Notes: generated by a model not told the origin, from the letters alone. Positions 1 to 10,714 are shown, counted from the stretch's first letter. The stretch: 64,000 bases of DNA from Gammaproteobacteria bacterium (GCA_965277715.1 OZ255836.1:2336001-2400000), one strand, 5' to 3'. Numbers and translations are program-made.

Positions 1-45
1 GAACTCCGAAAATCAGCCAAGTATTTAATTCCAATAGCGTGAACA

Positions 46-194
46 TAAAAACACCCTTAATTAGCTACTTTCTGTCCTCTTTTCCAGGAAAGAAACCATA
101 TCATCGTTTTGTACGCGATAATAAATTTCTTCTACGGAGAGAATTAAATCGATAGACTCAAAGGTGACAGCATCACCGAGGTAGTAGTGCGTTG
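46..194. repeat. Direct repeat of the 3' end of the Uma2 gene (copy 1; partner 17414-17560)
   Basis: Near-identical DNA; both copies translate on the minus strand to THYYLGDAVTFESIDLILSVEEIYYRVQNDDMVSFLEK. Confidence 0.9.
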
Positions 195-299
195 CCCCCC
201 CCTGTGTCAGGCTAGTTGTCCCCCTCTTTAAATTGGGATTCAATAAATTTTTACAGGAGGCAAAGAGAGAGTGGTATGAGTTATCCAGTAGAAAGAAAG

Positions 300-574
300 G
301 CCGCGACTCTCATTGCCATAGCGGCATTGGGTTTGTGACACCAGCCTCGCGTTATAAAGGCGAAGATCACGTGATACTGGCAGCCAGAAAAGAAGTTTAT
401 GAACAAGCAAAGGCCAAACACCCTGAACGCTAGAGTCAGGATATTAAACACCTCGAACCGGTATCGGGGGTGTAGTTAAACCCGGAAAAGGAAGGCTTGG
501 CCATGAGACAAAAACATAATGGAATTGAAAAGCAAATAGCATAGTAAAACGGACAACTACCTTGACAAACACCG
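300..574 (+). pseudogene. IS3-like transposase C-terminal remnant with probable element end
   Basis: HSGIGFVTPASRYKGEDHVILAARKEVYEQAKAKHPER resembles an integrase-core C-terminus, followed by an in-frame stop; GACAACTACCTTGACAAACACCG at ~552-574 looks like an IS terminus. Confidence 0.6.
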
Positions 575-847
575 GTTGACCAAACTCAAGCATTATAAGA
601 TTTTCATTATTGAAGACGTTAAGCAGTCTATTGCCCATCGACAAACCAGGATAATCAGTATCTCTCATCCTTGTAGTCATATTATAGGCAAAGGATAGTT
701 TACTCTACTGGGCTCTGGACCTATATCAATAATAATAAAACCCTGATCCATCTTCTCCACTACAAACTGGGTGTTTTCAGTTATTGCGCAAGTTAACGGG
801 ACAGCAGGGAAAGTATATGTAAAGTTGGCCTGAGTCGTTACATTTTG

Positions 848-1393
848 TTAGTCAATTTCCGAAGAACCCCCTTTATACTCCTCGGTTGCTAGACCCCATT
901 TATTCGAGCTATTAAAATTTAAATTTTGTAGCTCCTTGGAAATATTGTAACACTCATTGTATTCAACCTCCCTCTCACTTAGTTTTTTCCAGCATTTAGC
1001 AATAAAAGCATTCGCCTCTACGACTTCAAAGTCACCAAGCCTATACACCTCTTCAAGCATGTATATTGAAAGAACATCATCTTTTGATGCCAAAAAATTT
1101 AATATCCCCAATATTTTTATTTCACGTTTATGCAAATTTTCTCCTAATAAATTTTTTTTATCATAAGCCAATATCAATGCCAACCAACCAAGGGACTGGT
1201 TGTGCCCTGCCATTGCACACGGAAGAAGTGCTTTATACATTTTTTCATAATTTCCTTGATCAAAAAAATTTTTAATCTCCTTATCATATATTATATTTCC
1301 ACAAGAACTCTCTAGCTTTTTGTAACTAGAATAACTAGGCGAAAAAAATAAAACTTGCAGTACAAATAAAAACGATATCAAAAAAGATTTCAC
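848..1393 (-). CDS. Exported protein with degenerate SEL1-like helical repeats; candidate immunity protein
   Basis: N-terminal signal peptide; AMAGHNQSLGWLALILAY and YMLEEVYRLG..V....AKCW resemble SEL1; lies directly downstream of the HExxH toxin fragment once the ISL3 is removed. Confidence 0.55.
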   Translation of the reverse strand: MKSFLISFLFVLQVLFFSPSYSSYKKLESSCGNIIYDKEIKNFFDQGNYEKMYKALLPCAMAGHNQSLGWLALILAYDKKNLLGENLHKREIKILGILNFLASKDDVLSIYMLEEVYRLGDFEVVEANAFIAKCWKKLSEREVEYNECYNISKELQNLNFNSSNKWGLATEEYKGGSSEID

Positions 1394-1471
1394 ACTCCGA
1401 CTCCGTTAAAATGGGATTACTACATCATATTAGATCATGGTATGGTTATTGATTTTATACCTCAAATTGTG

Positions 1472-2786
1472 GGTTCTTCCCCGATTATTGTGAAGCCACT
1501 GGTTCCATATCCAGCTTTCCGCAGTAAAACAAAATACTCCGCCGGTAACTTTCAAACGAACGAAACCCTTTTGCATTCGATTTGACCGTCTGAATTTTTG
1601 AATTCAAACCCTCTGACACGGCATTACTTATTGTGTGCTTAAACCATGTCAATATGTTCGGCATGTGCGTTTTTATCATCTTGGCCACTTTCTTTATGCT
1701 GTCTCGGCACCGAATTGCCCACGCATACCATGCGCTAAAGAAACGCTTTGCCCAACCCGCTGTCTTATACGTCCAAAAATCACGAAACAGTTCTTTTATC
1801 GCCCAGGCTCGGGCTGTCAATAACTGATCATGCTTGAGTGACTCAAAGTGCTCGGCTGCTTTGTTAGACAAATTTTCTTCATTTTTTAACCAGTGATAAC
1901 GACTCTTTTTCAATCGAGTATCACCCTGTGACAAAAGGTCTCTATGTTCGTCACGACGGACCTGATCCACCGCCTTATTCAGGTGTTGGCTAATATGAAA
2001 ACGGTCGTGAACAATCGCACTGTCTGACAGTTTTACCTCAACGGCATTAATGAACGCAGGCCACCTATCAATAGCGACAGCTTTCACCTGTTCTCGCTGG
2101 TTATCCGTCAGCGCAACCTCCAACGCCTCCTCACAAGCTGCCTGGGTGCGATCTTTCACTACATCCAATACTCGCCCTCCATCGATATCATTGATGAGCG
2201 TCACATAGTCATGCCCTTTACGGTGGGACTTCTCATCAATACCCAGGTACTCAATTGTCACCAATTCCCGACGCGAAAGTCCCCGTTCGACAGCGCGGGC
2301 TTTGATGGCTTCCACTGCGTTCCAGCTAAGCCCCAGTAACTTACGCGCCTCTTCGACGCTACGTGAGGCTTGCAACACCCTGATGGAAAATAATTCAAAC
2401 AACAACGTAAAACGACTGCTCTTGCTTGCCCAGGGTAACACCATACTTTTAACACCATGCTCCAGACAATTTACTCGGGGAATGCGACTGTGTAGGCGCG
2501 TTTCAAACTGCATAATATCCAGGTGTCTCCAGGATCGCTCTTGTGAACGGTGATCATAGAACGGACTCACTTCTCCACAGTGCGAGCAAGGGCCGTGGTT
2601 GCCGCTAAACGCCAACGAAATGGATACTTTTAACCCTGAAGGGTCTAAATCAACTGATGTCACTGACCAGTCATCTGTCAGGCATAGGAGCTGGCTGTAG
2701 TGTTCTTCAAGGCTCGATAGCACCGGAGTCTCTCAATAGCAAAGGAGGATGAAATACTATAACCTCACACAAACCGGGGAAGAACC
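1472..2786 (-). mobile_element. ISL3-family insertion sequence with 8-bp target-site duplication
   Basis: Terminal inverted repeats GGTTCTTCCCCG (1472) and CGGGGAAGAACC (ends 2786); AAATTGTG duplicated at 1464-1471 and 2787-2794. Confidence 0.93.
1485..2723 (-). CDS. ISL3 family transposase
   Basis: CxxC zinc finger, LGIDE, DRFH, SNAVSEGLNSKIQ..K..A.GFR motifs. Confidence 0.95.
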   Translation of the reverse strand: MLSSLEEHYSQLLCLTDDWSVTSVDLDPSGLKVSISLAFSGNHGPCSHCGEVSPFYDHRSQERSWRHLDIMQFETRLHSRIPRVNCLEHGVKSMVLPWASKSSRFTLLFELFSIRVLQASRSVEEARKLLGLSWNAVEAIKARAVERGLSRRELVTIEYLGIDEKSHRKGHDYVTLINDIDGGRVLDVVKDRTQAACEEALEVALTDNQREQVKAVAIDRWPAFINAVEVKLSDSAIVHDRFHISQHLNKAVDQVRRDEHRDLLSQGDTRLKKSRYHWLKNEENLSNKAAEHFESLKHDQLLTARAWAIKELFRDFWTYKTAGWAKRFFSAWYAWAIRCRDSIKKVAKMIKTHMPNILTWFKHTISNAVSEGLNSKIQTVKSNAKGFRSFESYRRSILFYCGKLDMEPVASQ

Positions 2787-3117
2787 AAATTGTGTCTCAG
2801 TAAATAGTAATCCTCTACAGTTTGACCCTGTTGCTCCAATCCATACTCTCCAAAAGACTTCCCAGGAATCAAGGTATACTCATAGTTTCTATCAAAAATA
2901 AAACTCAACAAGCTATATGCCTCAGTTTGACTTTGATACACATGTGTCAATTCATGCATAAACACAGCTTTAGTCGCATGATCAGCAGTTGAAAAATCAC
3001 TCATACATGAGCCGTCTGGATAATATATATTTCCACTGGAGGAAACATGAGGACGAGAAGTCGGGGAAAATGCTCCGTCAATTACTTTTATTCTTTCATA
3101 GTTAATTTTTTCCTTTT
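2787..3117 (-). pseudogene. Rhs-type toxin tip fragment with HExxH zinc-metallopeptidase motif
   Basis: In-frame KEKINYERIKV...GNIYYPD...DFS...FMHELTHVYQ...YGLEQQGQ.VEDYY; 5' end cut by the repeat at 3123, 3' end split by the ISL3. Confidence 0.7.
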
Positions 3118-3122
3118 AATAA

Positions 3123-3327
3123 ATGACATCATAAAAGGCAACCTGCGAGAGTATCGTGGTCAGCCGAGGTTATCGTGCGGGTATGATATAGATAGGTAGA
3201 ATGCCAGATTTTAACATAGTAAAAATATTTTTTGTTATGATCAGAATGTGGCAAAAATGTCAGAAAACTGAAAAATATTATGATCGATAATTTGGGAATT
3301 TATACGATCAGAAAATGGCACGCTACA
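3123..3327 (-). repeat. Orphan transposon-end-like repeat (TGTAGCGTGCCAT terminus), copy 1
   Basis: Homologous to 14757-14961 and 5808-5921; carries internal TTCTGATC(G/A)TA-like repeats. Confidence 0.7.
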
Positions 3328-3328
3328 C

Positions 3329-3385
3329 CTCTCAATAGCAAAGGGGGATAGAATATTACATCCTCACACAAATCGGGGAAGAACC
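3329..3385. mobile_element. Isolated ISL3 end remnant
   Basis: Diverged copy of 2730-2786 (CTCAATAGCAAAGG...CGGGGAAGAACC). Confidence 0.8.
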
Positions 3386-3408
3386 ACCCTTCGAAGAGCC
3401 ATTCTTTT

Positions 3409-4095
3409 CTATTCTTTACTTTTACAATCAGGCAAGATTTTCAGTATTTTTTGTCTATTTTTTTGCTTTGCTAAATCTCGTACAGTACGCCCATAATCAT
3501 CTCTGTGGCAGATATTTACACCTTTACTTTTTAACAACATAGTGACAAATTCATAGTGCCCCGACATAGAAGCTACCATTATAGGCGTGACACCATTCAC
3601 CACCGGCCTATCCAAATCAATTTTTAGCTCTATAGCTTTTTTTAATATATTTACATTACCTAAAAACGCGGCCTTATATACAACATTAGCTCCTGTGGAA
3701 TCTACGATATGTGGATTAGCTCCATAAGAAATTAGTAAATCAAAGCATTTATCTTCTCCATGAAACGCAGCACCTCCAATAGCTGTCATTCCTGTTTCTA
3801 CATCAGTAGCATCAATCTCAGCCCCAGCTTGAAGAAGGGTTCGCAACATATCTTCTGAGCAATACAGCTGATTATTTTGTACTATGTACTGAATAGCCGA
3901 AAAACCATCATAGGTAATATTTGGATCTGCTCCATGTTCTAATAATATTTTAACATTAGATAAATTATTTTCTAAAATAGAAGCAATTAAATCTGGAACA
4001 CCTACCAAGCCATCATCACTTGCCTGACATGCTGGCAAAAAACTGAAGAATAAGCATAAACTAATGAATATATTTTTTTTTATATTTGTTAACAT
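3409..4095 (-). CDS. Exported ankyrin-repeat protein; candidate immunity protein
   Basis: Signal or lipoprotein-like N-terminus; LLEHGADPN, LLQAGAEID, GVTPIMVAS ankyrin motifs; 16 bp downstream of the orphan toxin tip. Confidence 0.85.
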   Translation of the reverse strand: MLTNIKKNIFISLCLFFSFLPACQASDDGLVGVPDLIASILENNLSNVKILLEHGADPNITYDGFSAIQYIVQNNQLYCSEDMLRTLLQAGAEIDATDVETGMTAIGGAAFHGEDKCFDLLISYGANPHIVDSTGANVVYKAAFLGNVNILKKAIELKIDLDRPVVNGVTPIMVASMSGHYEFVTMLLKSKGVNICHRDDYGRTVRDLAKQKNRQKILKILPDCKSKE

Positions 4096-4111
4096 ACCTT
4101 CAATTCCTCCA

Positions 4112-4846
4112 CTACTGCCATTGCCACTCTCTCCTTACAAATAAATTTCTTATTGCTTCTAAGTTAGGAGGTGATTCGCTTAAAAATTGGGTTATTTCTA
4201 TACGGTCATCAGGGATAACACACTGACCAACATTTTCACATAAATTCAAGTTCTGTCGAGTTTTAATCGCTAAAACGCCTTTAGCAACATCTGTATCTAA
4301 AGCCATAATACCTGTGTTAACGACTGGGCCGCCTACTTTTGCAGCGACATTCCCAATAGAACCTCCCGGCAATCCAAAAAAAGCTTTTAACCTCGTAATC
4401 CAGCTTGCACTTGCGCTTGGTGGTTCTTGATCCTCTAATAAGCTGTCACTATCATCTCGATTACTAGATTTCCCATTATTTTGTCCGCCTGCTTGATCAT
4501 TATAAACATAAACAAAAGCCGCCTGAATAGCCCCCTGCAAAAAATCCCCTCCAGCCGCCTTACTCGCCAAACCACCCAAAATAGATATACCCGCTATATT
4601 ATCCAGCGCTGTACCTTCTAAATAATGCCCCCCAACCTTCGCAACAAACCCACTGGCAAGCCCCGCCTGAAACTCCCCTCCCTGAATTTCACTAATCAAT
4701 CCCTGAAAAACTCCATGCGCCAACGCCTGCGAAAACCACGCATTTTCACCCTTAAAAATCCCACCATGGCCTATCTGGTCAGTAACCCCTCCACTCACAC
4801 CACCAATAATCCCTCCTTGAAACGCCGCGCCAAAATCACCACCACT
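4112..4846 (-). pseudogene. Orphan Rhs C-terminal module: shared Gly-rich linker plus unknown toxin tip
   Basis: GGDFGAAFQGGIIGG...AAFVYVYND is nearly identical to the linker in 13292-14310; the ORF-track start (4912) lies inside the RAYT element. Confidence 0.75.
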
Positions 4847-5801
4847 GGAGTTCCAGGGACAGGCATCAAATAATTGACAGATAGTTCCACTCTCTTTTAG
4901 GGTGGGATCCAACCAGCGTTAAAGGAACTGACCATGACCCGCCCTCGCAAAAACCAAATTTCACTATCAGACACCCCTTACTACCACATCGTATCGCGTT
5001 GTGTACGGCGCACCTTTCTATGCAGGCTAGACCCACTGACTCAACGTGATTATGAACACCCTCGCCAATGGATTGTCGACCGCATTCGACTGCTCTCGTC
5101 GCTCTTTGCCGTTGACCTTTGCGCCTACGCCATTATGAGCAATCACTACCACCTCACCATTAAACTCGATCCAGAGAAAATCGACACGTTAACTGATCAG
5201 GAAGTTATCGACCGCTGGTTAAGTCTGCACAAAGGCTCCTTGTTGATTCAAAAAATGCAGGCGGGGGAAACCCTCAGCAACGATGAATACCAGGCCATTC
5301 GATGTGCCATTAAAACCACTTCTACATTTCTCCGAAAACATTAACGCCACTTCTACCGGCATCCCGCTAGACTTTACTGAGTATCTAAATTTGGTTGACT
5401 GGACAGGAAGAGCTATTCGACAAAACAAGCGGGGTTACATGGCTCAAGACCTACCGTCAATATTGCAACGACTCAACATTAATAAGGAAATTTGGATAAA
5501 CAACACCCAGAACTTTGAATCACGTTATTGGAAAGCGTTAGCTCACAAGGTAATTACTGCTGATACCGGGTAGCCATTCAGCCGTTTCACTGTTTCAACT
5601 CTCTGGATCTTCTCAATCGATTCAAATCGGTTGCTTTCGTTTTACCTGAAAAAATATTTTTCATTAAAACAAGGTTCAATAACTGGATCATTACACCGAA
5701 TACACCCCTAAGTAAGTAAAAAACTCAGGTTTGACTATCCTGGGCGCTATTTCCAATTTCTCGGGATGTCCCTGCATATTTCTATATAGTGCCTGTCCTA
5801 T
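4847..5801 (+). mobile_element. REP-associated tyrosine transposase (RAYT, Y1/HUH) element, internally deleted
   Basis: 4934-5344 gives TPYYHIVSRCVRR...AYAIMSNHYHL; a second frame to 5573 gives YLNLVDWTGRAIR..KRG; the central catalytic-Tyr segment is not seen; GGACAGGCA near the left end and TGCCTGTCC near the right end. Confidence 0.8.
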
Positions 5802-5807
5802 TTTTCA

Positions 5808-5921
5808 ATGTGGTAAAAATAATTTTTGCTATGACCAGAGTGTGGCAAAAACGTCGGGAAAATGAAAAATATCATGACAGATAATTTGGGGATTTATACG
5901 ATCAGAAAATGGTACGCTACA
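5808..5921 (-). repeat. Orphan transposon-end-like repeat, copy 2, flanked by 27-bp direct repeats
   Basis: Matches the terminal part of copy 1; CATATTTCTATATAGTG(C/T)CTGTCCTAT at 5775-5801 and 5923-5949. Confidence 0.7.
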
Positions 5922-5949
5922 ACATATTTCTATATAGTGTCTGTCCTAT

Positions 5950-6110
5950 CTTTCTTGCAATCGCTTCAACAGCGATTGCTGACATCAGGCAAGCCAAAAA
6001 TGGTGATTATAGGGGTTACGATGAGAAAACTGGCGCATATTATTTACGGGGTATTAAAGAATCAGGTGCCTTTTAAGTCCGATTATGATCAAAAATTACT
6101 TGCTTATTAA
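5950..6110 (+). pseudogene. IS110 family transposase C-terminal remnant
   Basis: RLLTSGKPKMVIIGVTMRKLAHIIYGVLKNQVPF is typical of the IS110 C-terminus. Confidence 0.8.
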
Positions 6111-6899
6111 TACGGTATCTGTTCTATCTTTTCTCAGAAATTGAATAACCTTTTTCATCCAATTAGTTAGCTCATTATTTGGATCCATCGTCTTTTCTCT
6201 GAATTCGATCATATCAACAAGATCTTTACCTAATTTATTTGAAATAGAATGATCCGCACCAAGTTTCAATAGCTTATAAACAACATCAAACTGCCCTAGG
6301 CCTGCTGCATATACCATAGGTGTTTCCCCTGAAGATCTCTGCGCATCTATATTTGCACCAAAACTCACTAAAATATCTAGATTATGCTTACCTTCTGGAG
6401 TAACCGCTTCAAATAACAGTGTATGCTTAAACTGCCCAAATACAAGATTTGGATTCCCTCCGTGTTTTAACATTTCAATTAAAAATCTACTATCATTACT
6501 ACTAATAGCCCACTCAAATAAACTTCCTCCGTCTCCATCCCTCTCATCCAAAATAATATTTGGATCCGCACCTAGTTCTAAAAGTTTTGTAAATCCCTTT
6601 ATATTTTTCATCGCCCAAAACAGTGGTGTAACCCCCACCCTTCCCCGTGAATTAACATCGACACCCAAATCAACCAACTCGTCTATCTTTCTAAGATTGC
6701 CCTCACCCGCAGCTTTAGCCAAAGCTCGCACTATTTTGTTTGGAAACATAGTATCAAGTGACATATAAGCTAAAACAGTGAGGTTTGCTTGCTGATTCGA
6801 CAGTTTCTCTGATGATTTCATTTTTTCAAATACACCACTTTCGTTATTGCAACCATATAAAAATAAAATAGTAAAAAATACTAATATTTTTTCCAACAT
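6096..6899 (-). CDS. Ankyrin-repeat lipoprotein; candidate lipase-toxin immunity protein
   Basis: Lipobox LYGC; GVTPLFWA, LLELGADPN, GETPMVYAA ankyrin motifs; downstream of the Rhs-lipase gene. Confidence 0.88.
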   Translation of the reverse strand: MLEKILVFFTILFLYGCNNESGVFEKMKSSEKLSNQQANLTVLAYMSLDTMFPNKIVRALAKAAGEGNLRKIDELVDLGVDVNSRGRVGVTPLFWAMKNIKGFTKLLELGADPNIILDERDGDGGSLFEWAISSNDSRFLIEMLKHGGNPNLVFGQFKHTLLFEAVTPEGKHNLDILVSFGANIDAQRSSGETPMVYAAGLGQFDVVYKLLKLGADHSISNKLGKDLVDMIEFREKTMDPNNELTNWMKKVIQFLRKDRTDTVLISK

Positions 6900-7006
6900 A
6901 ATTAGCTCCCAATTTTTTGAGTTAATTAATATATATAAGGCAATCTAAAAGCATCAAAGTTAGCTTCTTAAAACTAATAGCTCATCAATTCAAAACTGAT
7001 AAAATA

Positions 7007-9027
7007 CTAACAACCTATGGCACCACAAATGCCTGACATAGTGTGAAGGCCAGCGAAACCGAGTGATATATGTTGATTACCGGGAACGCTTGCTGGTGTT
7101 AGCGCATTACCAAGCCTTAATATATCCAATGAACCATAATAATAGCGAACAGGAGCACCAGACAGTGACCCAGCATACCTAGCTACTGTATTTTCATGCA
7201 CGCCAGCCGCATTAAATACAATGGCAGGTCCGCCTGTTACAACAGATGCAGCTAATGCAATACCACCACCCAGTGAATGTCCTGTAAAAGAAACATTGCT
7301 GTATCTATTATAAACAGCAATAGCTACATTAATACCTCGTGTGTACTGTCCACTTTCAAACCCAAAAGCCTGTAGAAAGTTTGCTTTCCAATTTGCAAGC
7401 GATGTCGCATCTGTTTCAGAAAATGCAAGTATGTAATCATCCCCTTTAACAAATAAGGCAGCTTTAAATCCAATCGCCTCTCTATCAAATCTCTTCACAA
7501 CGCTATAACCATCTACACCACCAAAATTGGGGTCATACACTCCATCGGCTAATTTAGCTCTCGTAATATCTTTTGGAGAAATTTTACCTGCTGAAGAAGT
7601 ATAGCCATTTAAGAAAGAAATAGCCCCCTGAACTGCCCCTGATATAAAGCTTCCACCAGCCGCCTTGCTTAACAGTCCACGCAATATTATATTGTTATCC
7701 AGTCCGGTTGCCCGCAAATATTGCCCACCGACTCCTCCAATCAAATCATTCACAAACCCTCTTTTAAACTTCCCCCCCTGGGATTCCGCTATTAACCCTT
7801 GAAACAAACCACGCGCAATCGTATTTGAAAAAAACGCATCGACTCCAAATAGGCTACCACCGTTTATGGCAAAATTAACACCATTAGTGATTCCACCAAT
7901 AATACCCCCTTCAAAGGCTGCGCCAAAATCACCTCCACTGGCAAAATACCCATTAGCAAAACCAACGATGGCGCCATTAGCTACTGCTGCCGCTGCCGCT
8001 GCACTCGTTGCTGACACTCCTGCTCCAGCAAAAGAACTAGTGGTAAATACCGGATTCGCTATCAATAACGCAGTGGCCACAGCAAAGCTAACCGTCCGTA
8101 CTTGCGGGTCATCCGTAGTGGAACCAATGATATAGAACACTGCTGCAACAACCCATTCGACCCAATGCCCGCTGGGGTCATTATACTTCAACGGATTTCC
8201 CAACACATACATATAGCGGTTATACGCCATCCCCATACCCGGTTCAGGCACCACGCTGTCGGCACTGATAAACCGCCCAATGACCGGATCATACAGACGC
8301 GCATTCATATTAATTAAGCCAGTTTCCGCTACCGATTCGTGCCCGGTGTAACCACGTAGCTCGTGTCGTCTAAACGCCGGGCTTGGTTCGTTCGCACTCA
8401 GGTTTTCACCATACGGTACAAACTGATTGCGCATCACCACATTACCGTGGCTGTCGGTTACCGTATCGACGCTACCCAAGGCGTCACGGTGAATATAGGC
8501 CACCTTATCGGGCGTTTCGGTCGTGCCCACCAGCGTCTTCTCGTAGGTAGCCACGACCTGACCATCAACAAAAATATTGTGTCTGGCACGGTTTATCACC
8601 TCGCCGTTGGCATCCGTTTCGGTCACAAGCTCCAAACCGGGGGTGATGTAGTAGGTGGTCTGCCCATTAGCCTGACGCGATACGCGGTTTTGTTCGCTGT
8701 CGTAACGGTAATCGACCTGGTGGCCCGACTGGCTGACGCGTGCCACTTTGTTAAAACTGGTCCAGGTGTAACTTCTGCCGTCACCCGACTGCATATTGCC
8801 ATTGGCGTCGTAAAGATAGGTATGATTAGCTCCGGTTGGATCTACCCGACTTTGCAGACGATTGTTGGCCGCGTAACTCATCGAACCCGCGTCGCTCTTG
8901 TGGGTGATGTTGCCTCGGCTATCGTAGCTGTAGCTGCGCGCCAACTGCCGCTGTGGATCGCTATATTGCCAGCTTTGCAGGCGATCCAGGCTTATCGTAG
9001 CCGTAGTGCTCACTTACACCTGCCAGA
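7007..9027 (-). pseudogene. 5'-truncated Rhs (YD-repeat) protein with C-terminal lipase-like (GxSxG) toxin domain
   Basis: YD repeats, GYTGHE, MNARLYDPVIGRFISAD, NPLKYNDPSG core end, then GHSLGG and FNAAG; truncated by the RAYT end at 9028, with an apparent frameshift near 8990. The 668-aa frame 7007-9013 is open. Confidence 0.9.
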
Positions 9028-9271
9028 GGAGTTCCAGGGACAGGCATCAAATAATTGACAGATAGTCCCATTCTCTTTTAGGATGGGATCCAACCAGCGT
9101 TAAAGGAACTGACCATGACCCGCCCTCGCAAAGATCAAATTTCACTATCAGATACCCCCTACTACCACATCGTATCGCATTGTGTACGGCGCACCTTTCT
9201 ATGCGGGCTAGACCCACTGACTCAACGTGATTATGAACACCCTCGCCAATGGATTGTCGACCGCATTCGAC
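9028..9271 (+). mobile_element. Second RAYT element left end, truncated next to IS110
   Basis: Near-identical to 4847-5090; MTRPRKDQISLSDTPYYHIVSHCVRR. Confidence 0.85.
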
Positions 9272-9287
9272 GGAAAGCAAGGGAGTC

Positions 9288-10709
9288 ATATATGGACCCG
9301 CAGTTAAATTCAACAATTTTTTAATCGTTCATTCATTTTTTAGCGTTCAGAGCAGACACAGTAAATAAGGTTAGCAGTCATATATCCGGCTTCTCAATAG
9401 GACGGATTGTATTTGTTTATCCGTCCAGAGCCATAATGGGAACCGTGCTCAGACACCTCATCAAGCAATCGGTCTGTGAAGACCATGACCCCCTCCAGGT
9501 TCTGTCTGAGCCGGTTTAACCTGTTATACCCTTTACTGCTCTTTCGCTACCTCGTGGTAAGAAATCTTCAACGACGTTATTAAGCTGTTTTATGCACGTA
9601 AGTTGTATTATTAGCCGCTACCGCCCAGCTAATTCTGGCGAGCTTATTGGCCAATGCCACCGCCGCCACACAATGGCCCCGACGTGCTTTGACACGACAG
9701 GCCCAACGACTTAGCCCATCATCGTGTTTAGGCATTCGACTTAATGCCGCTTGCGCCCCCTGTATCAACAAAGTGCGCACGTGTTCGTCCCCGCGTTTAC
9801 TGATACCTTTGAGTTGTGTTTTGCCCCCCGAACTATATTGACGAGGAACGAGACCCAAAAAGGCGGAAAACTCACGCCCATTTTTATAAAAACCCGGATC
9901 GCCCATTGCTGTAAACAAGGCAGTGGCGACCAGAGGCCCTACACCTGGCAGTGTTTTTAATTGCTGACAGCGCTCATGCTGGTTGCTCAACTGGGTTAAC
10001 CGTTTTGTGTAGTGTGTTACGCGTTTATCAATCTCCACTAGTTCATCATACAAAGCACTGAACACTTCACGTGCTGTGGCTGACAAGGCATTTTCAGCAT
10101 CCTCTAAAAGCGCAGGCAAGTGCTGGCGGACGTGGCGAATACCTACCGGAATAATCAGCCCATACTCACCCAGTAACCCTCTTATTTGATTACTTAAACT
10201 CGTCCGTTTTGACACTAACCGACTGCGCACCCGGTGGAGTAATTGGCTGTCTTGTTGGTCGGGTGTTTTGGGCTGAACAAATCGCATACTCGGACGTGAG
10301 GCTGCTTCACACAGGGCCTCTGCATCCGCTGCATCGTTCTTGTTTGTTTTAACGTAAGGGCGTACATAGGCTGGGTTAATGAGTTTGACGGTATGGCCGT
10401 AGCGTGTGAAAACCTGCGACCAATAACTGGACGTCGCACACGCTTCCATCACCACCTCACAGGCCGGTACATTGGCGATATAAGACGGTAGCTGATCGCG
10501 TTTAAGTTTTTTATTAAACACCACTTTACCGTGTTTATTAGCACCACACACTTGAAAAATAGTTTTGGCTAGATCAATACCCAATCGGGTGATATTCTCG
10601 TTCATGGACTCGCTCCTACCTTTTATTAGGTGATAATAGATTGGTTGTGTTACCGCTCAATCTTGGCACATTGTGATGCCGATTCAAAGGGAGCGGGTCC
10701 ATCCCATCA
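9288..10709 (-). mobile_element. IS110 family, IS1111-type element (ends approximate)
   Basis: Sub-terminal inverted repeats ATGGACCCGC (9292-9301) and GCGGGTCCAT (10693-10702); ~280 bp non-coding region downstream of the transposase. Confidence 0.82.
9580..10605 (-). CDS. IS110 family DEDD transposase/recombinase
   Basis: GIDLAK, MEAC, KNDAADAEA, FLGLVPRQYSSGG, ALANKLARISWA. Confidence 0.96.
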   Translation of the reverse strand: MNENITRLGIDLAKTIFQVCGANKHGKVVFNKKLKRDQLPSYIANVPACEVVMEACATSSYWSQVFTRYGHTVKLINPAYVRPYVKTNKNDAADAEALCEAASRPSMRFVQPKTPDQQDSQLLHRVRSRLVSKRTSLSNQIRGLLGEYGLIIPVGIRHVRQHLPALLEDAENALSATAREVFSALYDELVEIDKRVTHYTKRLTQLSNQHERCQQLKTLPGVGPLVATALFTAMGDPGFYKNGREFSAFLGLVPRQYSSGGKTQLKGISKRGDEHVRTLLIQGAQAALSRMPKHDDGLSRWACRVKARRGHCVAAVALANKLARISWAVAANNTTYVHKTA

Positions 10710-10714
10710 GGCTT

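Noticed and set aside
444-680. 78-aa ORF
   Set aside because: Chimeric frame running into the IS3-like end; no recognisable product.
9009-9028. Short match to the IS4 transposase sequence near 11909-11927
   Set aside because: Better explained as continuation of the Rhs YD repeat (SEHYGYD.LDRL) up to the RAYT junction; probably coincidental.
8363-9058. 231-aa plus-strand ORF and the many other antisense ORFs over core genes
   Set aside because: Shadow frames of well-supported genes on the opposite strand.
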